From Lepidodermella squamata (taxonomy: Eukaryota > Animalia > Gastrotricha), in the NCBI GenBank assembly GCA_047495785.1, contig JBLDXI010000017.1, positions 1,674,001-1,738,000 of the forward strand: 64,000 nt of DNA, read 5' to 3'. The position numbers and the translations under genes were made by a program. Of the stretch, positions 26,211-38,217 are shown in pieces; positions within the stretch are counted from its first letter, which is position 1; every line of letters starts with the position of its first letter. Below the pieces are notes generated by a model. That model worked only from the letters and a program-made list of their open reading frames with translations, did no database searches and was not told where the DNA came from.

Positions 26211-27834
26211 ATCAAAAGCAAATTGCAATCAAATTCGGCAATGAAAGTGCAATTATTCGTCGTCAAACCTTACCTGAACTTTCGCGCCTTTTCAAGTTAT
26301 TAACGCTTGATCAACTTCATGGTCGGGCGGTGTAATTTTACCATTTTACCCCTTTTCTTTCTCTTCAATTACCTCGGTATAGGCGGTTCCGCCAAGGGTT
26401 CCGCTCGGCTTTTGCGCACTGCTGTGAGCGCTTAGATGAGTGCGCGGTGATAAGGCGCGTCGTACGCGCGCGCTCGTACGCCCCCCTAGGCGTACGACGA
26501 AAACTGCATCGTACGTACAACTTTTCCGTCGTACGTACGACGCACATACGACGCGCTGAAATACAGAATACGACGAAAAGTGTGCGCGCATCATCGTACG
26601 TACAACACATGAAAAACACGGAGTAATGTGAGATTGATGCGGAGACGAGGAATCATTAAGAGGGGCTTGTAAGCTGCTGCTCCTCAGTGATACACATGCG
26701 ATGGCTGGATCTCATGGCCTCGGCGGTCAAGTACCATAGAAGACTGCCGACTCCTACACTGTAAAAAATAGGGGGTAATTGCACGAATAAATAGCCCCCG
26801 CTGTGCATGGTAAATAGCGCACGCGGTGTATTGGAATTACTCCTCAGCAATTTTTTTCTTAAGGAGTATTTACCCACAGCAATGATTTTTTAACGTGGAA
26901 AAATAGGCATTTACCTTGTGACTTAATACCACTTGACCAATAGTAACCCATGTACTAGGCCACGCGCGCACCCCGCAGGCCGCAACAGGGCGTATGCGGA
27001 CACCCACGTGCTGCGTAGCGCCGAACCCCGCGGCGGGCGCGTATTTTTAGTGACACCGTCTCATTTGGGTACCGATATTTCATCAACCGTGAGGAATATA
27101 GGGGAGAATTTTATATCAGAGAGTAGATCTCTCCTTTTCATACACCCGTATGCAAGTCATATTTTGTTTGGATGAAGTGGGAGAAAATTGTTAGGTGTGC
27201 GAATAGGCTTTATTTGAATAGGCCGCGCTTCCTGCTGATAAATCAAAACGCGATAAAATTTATATTGGGGTGAATGGGAGGATGTGCCCTATCGGATGAA
27301 ATTAATTCCATTCTATTACTCGTGAAGGATTTCGCAAAAAGGGGCCCAAACAATGCACATGCTGCGGCTACGTGTGCGCGCCGGTAGTCATGCTACTTGT
27401 TCTCCCTCTTGTACTCTTACTATAATGAATTTTGAAAATTTGAAATTAGTTTGGGAGTGCTGATGGAAATCACAGGCTTTAGCAGTTGAATTATGCACAG
27501 TAAAAGTACTAAATTAACCTGGCTTGTCAAATGCGTAATACTATAGCAACTATTATTGTTGCTGATATATAATTTGGACTCGTTTATAGACGTTCACACA
27601 AGCAGCTTTTTAAAAATACAAAGAATAACGTGTTACTAGGTAAAAAGCTGTGAGCGTGAGCAAAAAACCATCATCACTCCGTATTTGTTGGCAGTTTTTT
27701 TTCTGAGCATTTAAAAGGCTGTAGTGTAGTGAAAACACGGTAGTGAAGCGTGCAAAGCTAAGAAGAGTTCACGTGGAATTGATACTCGCCACTCTTAACG
27801 TTGTTGTTTTCCGTTTCAAGCCTGATATTAGACA

Positions 27835-29912
27835 ATGAAATCTTGCAAACGTCACCAACACCCGCATTTTAGGCCAGCGAGGTGTTGCTCTACAGCGATT
27901 ATCATCGGAGTTTCCTGCTGGTGCTTGTTATCGCATCATATGGGAATTGCTTGCGCTCAGCATCTTCACAATGAGTCCAACTCCACTGACTTCATGTCCG
28001 CAGAACCGCATGAGACGTCGAAAATGGTTCACAGTCCATTTTTAGCCGACATTTTCAATGGCTCTGAGATCTTACACGTTGCAGGTTAGCTTTGCAATTT
28101 CAATCTTAAAATTAAATTAAACCGCGTTCTTCAGAATTGAAGCTCCACCTGAGTTCGCTGAATATAGGAAAAGGCCGCCAAAATGATTCTCACGAGGAAA
28201 CCGGAAATAACAGCTCTCGAGTAACACACGGCAACAGCAGCCACGACCATTCCGGCGAAGAAGGTGGGAAAGAAACTGATGAGCATCACCGCTGTATCAA
28301 TGCTGAGGAGATTCTCAAATTGCATGGCATTCATAGCAATAACATTTCTAAAGAAGACTTCACATTGATTTGTCCCGCCTTGATACAACAGCAGTTATCA
28401 AAAAGCTGTCTAGTCAGATCTCATGACCATGATCACACGGATGCCAAATCTGAGCAGCCTTCTTTTGCTGAACGTAAGCATTTGAGTTGGCTCTGGCTAG
28501 AATTGTAGGTGAATCCCAAGTTTTTCATTACAGGTTATGGCTACGGCACGTTAGCCGTCTTCCTCATCAACTATCTTCCAGTTCTCATAATCATAGCTAT
28601 ACCTAAAACTAGTAATCGCGCTTTCCCGTATGTGATGAACGCCCTTATCGCCCTCGGAACAGCAACTTTGGTATCTGATGCTGTTTTACATCTCCTACCC
28701 GAGGCGCTTGGTGCGGAAGATCACGCTCATGGAGGCCACGAAGAGGAGGAAGAAGAGAAACATGGAGTTGAGATTTCGGACGTAACCATGAAGGGCGTCA
28801 CATTTCTATGTGCCATTTATGGATTTTATTTGTAAGTTTGTCAAATCTAAGAAATGTTTCGTAAAAGAAAATTTTAGACTCGAGATGCTGGTAGGCACCA
28901 GAACACGAGTGAACAAAGGAATAGCCCCTCCGGAGCTGGGCCATGGTCATAGTCATGGAGTTCCGCAGCTGCCAGCAGCAATGGAGGTTTTATCAAATTT
29001 CATTCTTATAGTTCAGCTCGTCATATGGTTAACTTAGATGACTAGCACCGCCGAAGTAAAATGCCACGATAGCTGCGAGGAACCTCAAGAATCCAATTCT
29101 TCCAATAGCTCCGTCGCAAACGTGGACAAGGGATGCGAGCATGATCATGCGTCTGTTTCAATATTTTCGGCGCAATACTTTAAAATTTGGTTCAGAGGTA
29201 AGAAGGTTCTCCGATTTCAAACCAGAACTCAACGTTACGAGAGTATATCCCTGTAGAGTGTATCCCCGAGAAGCCCTTTGCGTGGATGTTGATTCTTAGT
29301 AAGTCTTTGAAGCCATTTTCCAGAACGTAAACATCGACTCTTCTTTTTCTTACAGGCGATGCGATTCACAATTTTATGGATGGCCTCGCGATGGGTAATA
29401 CTTCAAAGTACTATTCTCTTTTGATAATCATCTGCAATATACCTAACCAGGCGCCACTTTTTCAACGAAACTTGTCGACGGTCTAGCAACTTCGCTTGCC
29501 ATATTCTTTCACGAAATTCCTCATGAGGTTGGCGATTTTGCTGCACTAATGAACTCAGGTTTGTCATGGCGGGGCGCAATGACATGGCACATCTTCATTT
29601 CATTCACCGCTTTTGCTGGCCTTTACGTCGGTTTGGGCGTCTCGACAGAGGAAGAGGCTCATTCTTGGATTTTCGCATTCACTGCTGGTATCTTCATGCA
29701 CGTTTCGCTGAGTGCCTTGGTTAGCCGAAGAGAAAAGAAGATTCTCGCTATAATTATAAACATGATTTTATTTTTAGATGCCCGAGCTTCATCAAATTAA
29801 GGAAAACTTTTGGATTTTCTTCGGGCTGCAAAACCTTGGCATTCATGTTGGATTCTGGATCATGTTCGTTATCGCCGTGTATGAAGAGCAAATGTCGCAC
29901 ATGTTCGATTGA
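27835..29912 (+). CDS. ZIP (SLC39) zinc transporter, LIV-1 subfamily
   Basis: His-rich ectodomain, CPALIQQ, SDAVLHLLPE, GHGHSH loop, GDAIHNFMDGLA, FHEIPHEVGDFA. Confidence 0.93.
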
Positions 29913-30015
29913 AATCATGACCTGATTACGTAACAATTAGCTTATGATTACCGGTGAAAGATATATATCCCCAACACTTGAAAAGATTACACTGACTAAA
30001 TTAAATCAATAAAAA

Positions 30016-31355
30016 TCAATTTGAAAAGATGATAGCGTAAGTTATAAATGTAGCCAATAAAATTAGCGTCACAGCAACGGCGAAAACGCAGATATCAATG
30101 ACACGGATCATTTGCATTGAAACGCCCCAACCCCAGCGAAATAACATAACTTCTTCCTTGAAATAAGGCATCAGGCAAATGCAACTAGCGACAAGCACAT
30201 AAACAGTCACAGCGGCTCCAATCACGGTCATGATAGAAAAGTAGCAAACCAGTGCAGTAGTTTCGGATGATTTAGGGAAGCTGGAGTAAAATCCAACTTG
30301 GAAAACAACGCTTGACAACACCGTCGTTATTGCATACTCGGCTCTTGTTGCATTTCTAGGTGGCATGAGAAGCCCAGCCAATTGTAGGATCAGCAGCAGA
30401 AGTATCGGTAGAAAAATCGCGGCGCCATAAAAACGGGAGTTTCTTCTCAACCGGAAGCTGAAAACCACGCTGCTGAAACCTGATCGACTTGACCTAAGGA
30501 CCTTCGAATCACTTTCCAACAAAGTCCATGCTGCCGAGTCTCTAATGAAGGAAACTTCGTCCACGTCGAGGATGACGGCTTCGGTGATGGCTACATATTC
30601 AGGTAGATCCACAGAAGTTCTGAAATAGAGACATTTCTCTCAAAGGTGAATGCTCGAGTTCAACTTACATTTCAACAGAGCAAATTTGAACGTCGTTTGG
30701 AAATTTGGCATAAGACAGTGGGCAGAACGAATCGAATCTACCCGCAGAGCTCCAATAGGCGTAACCATTTCCTCGAACTTCGATGTCTTGCCCGAGTCTA
30801 AAAATCGGCAAGCTTTGAAAACTTGGATTTCAGGGATTTTATGAAAAACCTTTCCGCGAAGTCTTGATCATCCAAGCTGTTGCTATGTCGAATAGTTGGA
30901 TGCCATAAGGTTCTCTTCCGAAATCGGCAAAAAGACATTTGCTTTGCCGCTGAAGAAATGTTGGCAACAGTGGACGTATCCCATACTGCGCATGGCGGCA
31001 TTCTCCAAGCAAAGGCAATCTGAGCCTCAACTGAAAACCTGAGAATTAGAGAATTTCAAGTAGAGGAAACTTGGTAACATTTCGCATACCGCTGCTCAGG
31101 ATCATCTATTCCAAGAAATCGAGTAGCAACGAATGCAATTGCTAGCTGGACTGCTTCTGTTTGATTTTCGACAGGTCTTGCTCTTATACTTCTGACGTAA
31201 GGGCAAGTGGAAGCCAACCAGTTGCATAATTCATCCTCTGGTGGGATCCACCCGCTTTTAATCGGCGTCGCAGTGGACTGTGGATCACCCGACGATTTCG
31301 CGTGAGCCACCGTACTTAACGATGCGAGTAGAATGCAACTTAAATACGAGGTCAT
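30016..31355 (-). CDS. Divergent Cys-loop ligand-gated ion channel subunit with a very short M3-M4 loop
   Basis: Signal peptide, RARPVEN, LWHPTI, Cys-loop CPLSYAKFPNDVQIC, FRLRR before M1, four TM segments. Confidence 0.85.
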
Positions 31356-31691
31356 GTTTTATATGTCATGTCCCATATTGCATCTTCAGCTGCTATGCAG
31401 GACATCGTTTAGAGAAGGGGCCTACAGTCAATTATACAAATGCCATGGCCTAGATTGTTTGCTCAGCATGATAAATCAATACGGAAATTATGTACCTGGG
31501 CGATTTCTACAATGTGAGAGTTTTGCACTTGGCATCATTTTCCCTTTCAACCGTTTCTGATGAATCATAAACCTCGCAGTTCTTGTAAATAATTTGAAGC
31601 TTGAAATCAATGTCATCTTCAACTTTCTTTATTTTGAGTAAATTCGAGGTGAAAAATCTAAACGTATGAGATGGAAATGGGTGGCCTCAGA

Positions 31692-32566
31692 CTAGCGAAT
31701 CGGCAGTAACCAACTTCGACACATCGGGCAAGTTGCTTGCTATAGAAGGAAAGGCGATATAGCATACAGGGAGCCTCAAGAGAAACTTTCTTACCTGTTG
31801 AAGCCAGCGTACAAGGCAGCCTCTGTGGAAGTAATGCCCGCATGAAATGCGACCGATTGAATGCTCATCATCCACAGGGTGATCTTCGAATTCTTCCAGA
31901 CAAATCGAGCACGTCCGTAAATTCATGGTGTCTTCATCATCGATTTCAGAAGGCAAATCTTCAAAGGGCATTTCTGTCACTAAAACGTCAATTTCCTGCT
32001 CATTCGCCGGAGGAAATTCATGCTCGATTCCCGCTTGATCAAAGGCTTGTGCTTGTTCTATCATTACATCCCGTCTTGCGTTTAGCTCCAGACTTCCAAG
32101 GTATACCTTGTGAAAATAAGTGAGTAAAGTTATCAAACCGAAATCAAACCAAATTTACCCAATATTTCCATCCTGCATAAAAAATTGCCGGGCCAATAAT
32201 GAAAGACGCAAGAATTGCGATCACGAACCGTTGCTCCTCAGCTCGGCATTTGTCGTAATGAAAACGTTGATATTCATCGGATAGAAAATCGTACGCTCGC
32301 TGAACATCGCTGAAGTCAGCCGCACTCATCCTTTCGTCATTTCGGCGATCAGGATGACGAAGTTTAACTTTGGATCTATACGCAGCTGTTATCTCCCGCC
32401 AAGTCGCGTCCGGGGAGATGCTCAGAAGTGAATAAGGATCCTTGACCAAACCACCGCATTTGAAAATCGACAAAGTGTTCGGCAAAGAAATGTAGTTAGT
32501 TGTCAAGCAGGCTTCAATTAGCGAGTGACATAGTGAGCTTAAAACAATAACAATAAAACGAACCAT
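31692..32566 (-). CDS. J-domain (HPD) + TM + RING-H2 protein, putative membrane E3 ligase
   Basis: DPYSLLSI...AYRSKVKLRHPDRR...FSDVQRAYDFLSDEYQRFHYD; TM; phase-0 intron 32158-32107; CSIC...CGHYFHRGC...QATCPMCR. Confidence 0.85.
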
Positions 32567-32684
32567 CCACACCTAGATAACATAAAATGGATTAAGTTGC
32601 GAATATTCAGAAAAAATGAAGGTTTATTTTGAGAGGAGATGACATTGGAAGGAGAATCGACTGGTTCAGATTCCAGATCCCATA

Positions 32685-33217
32685 TTATACCATAGAAGCA
32701 TGGTTCACCATCGCAAACACAGCTACATCTTTTTCGACGTTGTTAGCAGGCTGAATCGGGTAAACGATTCCACTTTTCGCGCGGTGCTCAGCTTCTTCAG
32801 CGCCGAGATTGTTCTAGGAATCCAAATGAAATTTGAAGATTAAAGAAATTTAAGCATTTTAAGTATCTAAGGATATACCCAAGTCTTCCAGCCGTATACC
32901 ATGAGTGGAGGCCCCAATATGGCGGTTACTACTATGAATAGCAAATAAATTTCTTGCTCCTGCCTGCACTGTTGAACTGAAAGCGAGTCGTGTTCAGCGA
33001 TTACGTTTGAATTCTTCGCATCGGTGGACTTTTCCTCGTGAAGCTTATCATGGGAAAGATGTGGGTGAAGTCGGTTGGCTAAAGCTTCATGGTGGCCGTG
33101 AAGGACTTCACGGAAGTGTTTCTTCCCACAGTTATAATAGGACAGGATGCAACAAACAATGGCTAACGAGACGAAACCAGAGTAGCAAATTAATGCCAGG
33201 CGAGAGACCCTCAGCAT
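32685..33217 (-). CDS. Two-TM protein with a His-rich loop; RING-less paralog of the downstream J-RING gene
   Basis: CRQEQEIYLLFIVVTAILGPPLMVYGWKTW aligns with CRAEEQRFVIAILASFIIGPAIFYAGWKYW, with an intron at the same position. Confidence 0.65.
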
Positions 33218-33933
33218 TGCGACAACGTTAGTGCTAGCCAAATTCAAATTATTGAAAATAATTACACTTCACATAGAGGCTTAGTATGAAAATGAAACTA
33301 CATTTTGTATTTAATGCCTGTGGATCACGCATATAATTTATTCCACACAAGGAATATCCAGATAAACACACGAGCCTCTAATATAAAAAGAGTTTTACTA
33401 TAAATTTTCTGAATGAAGAGCACGACTTGTAGTAGTTTCAGGTTTCAGTGCGGATGACTATTTCGAATGGAAAGCTTACTCGTGTTTTTACATAGCCAAT
33501 ACTAGGTTGTTTGCTTTGAAACTTGCACACCTAAGCTCAATGCTGTTTTCTTATCGATGACCAGCTGTTGTCAGCATTCATAAATACTAGAAATATTTAC
33601 TCTCGATTCTCTGGCGTAACTTGCCAAATTAAAAATTTAGCCATGCTACGCGGATTTTTATGAATTAAATCAGCTTTTCCAGTGACTTTTTAGAAGTTGC
33701 ATAGTATATTTGTCTTGTAAGAATGCATGATAAACCCAATTTTTTCTATCTTTGTGGGCAAATAAACACAGAGCGGTTGAAACATGGAAAATTGCGATAA
33801 AGCAGAGTTAACCGCTTTCTTATCTGTGCGGGATAATGAACTTGCATCTTGGAGCGTGGCGACGCTTCTTACTCATTCATCAACTCTGCTGTTGTTTCAT
33901 TTTCGACCCCCATCGAATATCATAACTTCTGCG

Positions 33934-35149
33934 ATGGAGCTTCGCGAATATATATTCACGGCAATCACCGGTTTCTTGGTCAGTGGATTCTGTAAGTTGA
34001 AGTCGACAAATTATGAACTGGACAATTTGATGAAACTTTGACCTCATTAGACATCATTGCTTGTGAAATCAATTACATGATTGATATCACACCGATGACG
34101 AGAGGATTCGATTCCGCAGATTCATCGATTGCTTACTCTAAAAAGGGCGATACAGTCGGCGATTGGGACATGGTAGGAGCATGCATGGGCGCTGCTGTTG
34201 GGCTGGTAATTTTGAATTTTATCCCAAAAATAACCAGAAATTTTTCGGGTTCACTAAAGATTTTATTCACGGAAATTCCTTACTGGTATTTACGGAGGAA
34301 ATCTCTGTACAAGAGTTGGAAACTGGTGGCCTATTACTGCTGTAGTGACCTGATCGTAATTTACTTCATAGGACTTGGTATGCCTAAAAATCTCAAACAC
34401 AAACTGTGAATATTTCTCAATGTAAAGGCGTGACTGTTTCCTGTACCAATTTGCTGAAGTACATCATTGCAAGACCCAGGCCATATTTTCTGGACTCGTG
34501 CAAGCCTAATTACACTGCTATAGGATGCGACGAAGCTAAATGCGTGCGATACCCATTCTGCCCCCATTGCGGCTTGATAGACTTCGAAAAGCTCGGAAAC
34601 ATTTGCACGGGAAAAACATCATTAAGCGATAACATCTGGTAAGATTATCATGGCTTCAATCCCTGTACCTTACTGCTCATTTCTTTCTAGGTTTTCCTTC
34701 CCTAGTCTTCATGCCTCCCACACAACCTATGCGATGTCGTTCTGCTTTCTGTTCATTCAATTTCGGATTTTGAAAGCAAAGGCTGTTCACAAATTTTACA
34801 ACCCAATAATTTCGATTTTCCAATACGCGGCAATCGGATTCGCCTTGTTTACTTGTTCGACTCGTGTAGCTGATAACCGTCACCATTGGGACGACGTCAT
34901 CATTGGGATGTTGCTAGGCTTCGCAGTAGCGTGTTGGCAGGTTAGATATTCATTATTCTACGAAATTGTTTGCAATCAAATACTGTAAACACACAGACCC
35001 ATTCATTCGTGCGCATCATCAAAACAAGAACAACTGAGGAGGTGGTTCCGGTAAATGCCCCTCTTGATGATTCAGCTGCTAGAGAGGCAGCTTCGTTGGC
35101 ACTTATACCGTCAACTCAGTTCTTTGAGATGAAACCTCACAATGGATAG
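33934..35149 (+). CDS. PAP2 / lipid phosphate phosphatase family protein
   Basis: C1 KYIIARPRP, C2 SFPSLH, C3 STRVADNRHHWDDV; multiple TM segments. Confidence 0.88.
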
Positions 35150-35258
35150 GACATTTATTAACAAATTTTAGCCAATTTACAACGACTGCATCGATTTTAG
35201 AAGACAATTTAAGACTGAAGAATTGAGACAAATACGAAATTAAACAATCGATTTGGTT

Positions 35259-37539
35259 TTACCAATGATTGCTAACCGCTATTTCTCTGACTATGGGAAG
35301 TCCAATACACATGGTAACTGAGACAGCACCGACAAGGAGTCCGAAAACTCGGAAAGCAATCCTGTCTACGCAAAGAGAGCATTGCCTCCAGTCTTTAATG
35401 ATCTGCTCTTCCAATTCGGCTTTTCGTATTTTCCAAGTTAGCTCATCAATGTAGCCAGCCAGGCTGTCTCGCATCTTGGAGAAGTCATCCTTGACGTTTT
35501 CAGGCATCCTTTTCGGCAAAGGCGGCGCGCACTGGTTGATAGCAGCTGTCATTTGACTTGCCAGTAAAGAGTCTTGAAGCCTAAAGGAAACTTTTTGTAA
35601 TCGAATATGAAAATTGAATAGGACACTTACAGCCTTCGATGTGCTTCCGATTTTTCATGACGGTCGATCGGTAGGGTCGAGTTAAGAAGATGTGGATCGC
35701 TATTGTAACTGCATAGATAAGGGCTTCGGCTGACTTTAGGCTTCTCCGACTTCTCCGAGCCGGACGTCCAGAAGAAGGGCGGCGGAGGAGGGCTCGGCTC
35801 AGTCAAGCGTATGAACTCGTTACCTATCGTCAGCGACTTGCGAGCCTTCTGCCTATTCTGCTCAATCATTTTAGCAACCATCTTATTTTCTCGGCCTTCG
35901 TATGAGAACCTAGGGTGTCGGCAGAAAGTCAACAATGCCAGAATTTTAAGTGTTTGCCGAACATATCTGCAAGAAGATTTTGGATGTAAATTTAAATAAG
36001 TAGCTAAGTCTTGTACTAACTGAGGAACTGTTCGCTCTCCAGAAGCATGGTGCATTTGAAGAGAGATTATCGTGATTAGCAGAGACGTACTGCTCGCAAC
36101 AAGTAGAAATGTCAGGTAGAAGCCAACAATTGGGAGAGAATCAGAAGTCTTCGGAAGGGTTTCGGCAATCATCAGTAGGAATACGGAAAACGACAGAAGA
36201 ATAGTGATGCCGAGGCCTGTTTTCTCCCCACTCTCCGCGGGGAGTTTGAACACGAGGACGATCAAGCCTGTTAGAAATAATGTAAATATATCGAAAGTAA
36301 TTATTCAGTAAAACGTTAAGATACCAGACAGCAAGGTGCAGGGTAGTAGGATATTGATGAGGTGATAGTAGAATTTTCGCTGGATGATTAGCTCAAACAT
36401 TACGTAGGAGTACGGTTCGCCGTAGAATCTGACGCCTGCTCTCGCTTTTGTTTCGATCTTCCGAAAAAAACGTTAGGAAATAAAAAATCACATAGTAATG
36501 ACTTGAAGCTACTCACGATGTGCCATTCCCCATTTATGTTGTAGTCTTTCAAGTCGATTCGATCTGCTGAGGTTGTAAGATGGACATGTTTATCACTGTA
36601 CGCCCAACTCGAAAGCGAGATCACACAGGACTGGTAATCATACTAGTCGGAAGAGAGGAAATTTAGTCTTGAATGGAATCAGGTAGTGATGGTTACCGGG
36701 TAGTAAGTGACGTCCAATTTGCAGGATGTCGAAATTCTGCCGCCGGGAGTCCATGTTACTTTGCCTTCGTAGTCCACAATTGCTCTGAATTCTGTCCGGA
36801 ACGAGCTTTGGTAGATAGCGTCAACGCTATTTTCAATTCCAATGTCTGAAGGAAGCCATATCTATGAAGCAAGCGTGTCAATATTCGGTAAATAGAAATC
36901 TTTGAGTTGTCTCACGAGATCAGGCTGAACCACAAAATTCGTTAGGTTTTCGAAGTCGCGAGGGTCCCATACTGAAATTGGGTAATGTTTCAGTAATTAC
37001 ATGGCTAAAATATACGCAAGCATACCCAAGAACTCATCCTTCCAAATCATCATCATGTAGCCAGTTGTGGACAGCTCCTGCTTGCGATCATCCTGTAGAT
37101 TGAGAATAGTTTCTAGCTGTTGAAATTTTAAAATTGATTAGCGAACCAATGAGTTGATAGATAGCAAGCTGAGCTGAACTGATACGTCGACAGATAGGCT
37201 TGAGTTCCTCAACGGTCGCACCCCCGGAACGTATTTGGGCTCGTCTTTAGTTCCAAACAAGAAATCCATCAATCTTCTTTCAGATGACCTCGTGTACTCT
37301 GATTAATGGAATGGCATGAAAATACACATCATACAGCCCGTCACTGAAGTTGTACCTTCTTCACCGGATACTATTTCGCAATACACAGTGGCAGTGCCGT
37401 TATTTTCAGATTTTTCTTGATTTGCAGCTTGGGCATTTCTCTTGGTTTTGCTTGTCTTTCCGCCGAAAACCTCGGCTACGCGCAGAAAGGTTATCAAAAA
37501 TCCCAGAGAAAGGACGAGTTTACAGGTGAAGTTCAGCAT
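35259..37539 (-). CDS. Nicotinic acetylcholine receptor-like subunit (no vicinal Cys), paralog 1
   Basis: YVPGVRP, Cys-loop CKLDVTYYPYDYQSC, SSWAYS, M2 ESGEKTGLGITILLSFSVFLLMIAETLP, M4 VDRIAF. Confidence 0.92.
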
Positions 37540-38217
37540 AGCCTTAAAACCTATTAAACTTTTAAATCCAAACAGGTTTGAGCTTTGAGTTGTGAACAGA
37601 GCAGGACGTCAAATTGGAAACTTTATAACAAAATGCAGTGAAAGTTGAAACAAAAACACCCAGTGAATTGTGATCATCCAGCATGCATAGATTTATTTTC
37701 AAGGCAAAATTAAATCACTCCATTTTCATCCAGTATGGCCTCCTGCACGATGCATCTGTGAGTTAGTAGAAGTGATGGGAATTATCGCAGCGTCGCGATA
37801 CGAGTTCCGTGTCGTGTTGAGATGCAGCTTTCGCTTCGATCAACATTCAAACCAAAGCGAAATAGAAATCAACTCCCGAGTGTAAAAACGAAAGCCGTGT
37901 TCAAGCTACAGTAAGGAACTCGGAAATCATTAAAATTATCAACAAAAATTGCTTCCAAAAAGCAGAAATGGTTGTAAAACTAAAATTGGAGAAAATCTGC
38001 GCAAACTTATTAAAACAATAGCTTAGGCAAAATCAAACCAACCAACGCACGAAAATAACAAAATTTGAACTTATTTGTGCGAGTTTACCGCAAGAATTAT
38101 GGAAGCAATGTCTTCTATAAATGAAAATAATCAAGTTGGGCCTTGCATCGACCTAAATCGATGTAAAGCGAATTTCAAAGTTTAATATCTTAGCTTGACA
38201 GCCATAATATCTTTGCT

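Larger units (their letters stand above)
23069..26623 (-). mobile_element. Autonomous-type PIF/Harbinger DNA transposon, ~3.55 kb
   Basis: 24-bp perfect TIR TCCGTGTTTTTCATGTGTTGTACG at 23070-23093 and 26599-26622; flanks AAA / TAA (imperfect TWA TSD); encloses transposase and Myb-like genes; subterminal CGTACG clusters. Confidence 0.92.

Noticed and set aside
26455-26602. Repeat cluster considered as a CRISPR-like array
   Set aside because: Eukaryotic context and irregular spacing; these are Harbinger subterminal motifs.
26757-27050. CACTGTAAAAAA CACTA-like terminus and GC-rich patch
   Set aside because: No matching inverted end or TSD found nearby.
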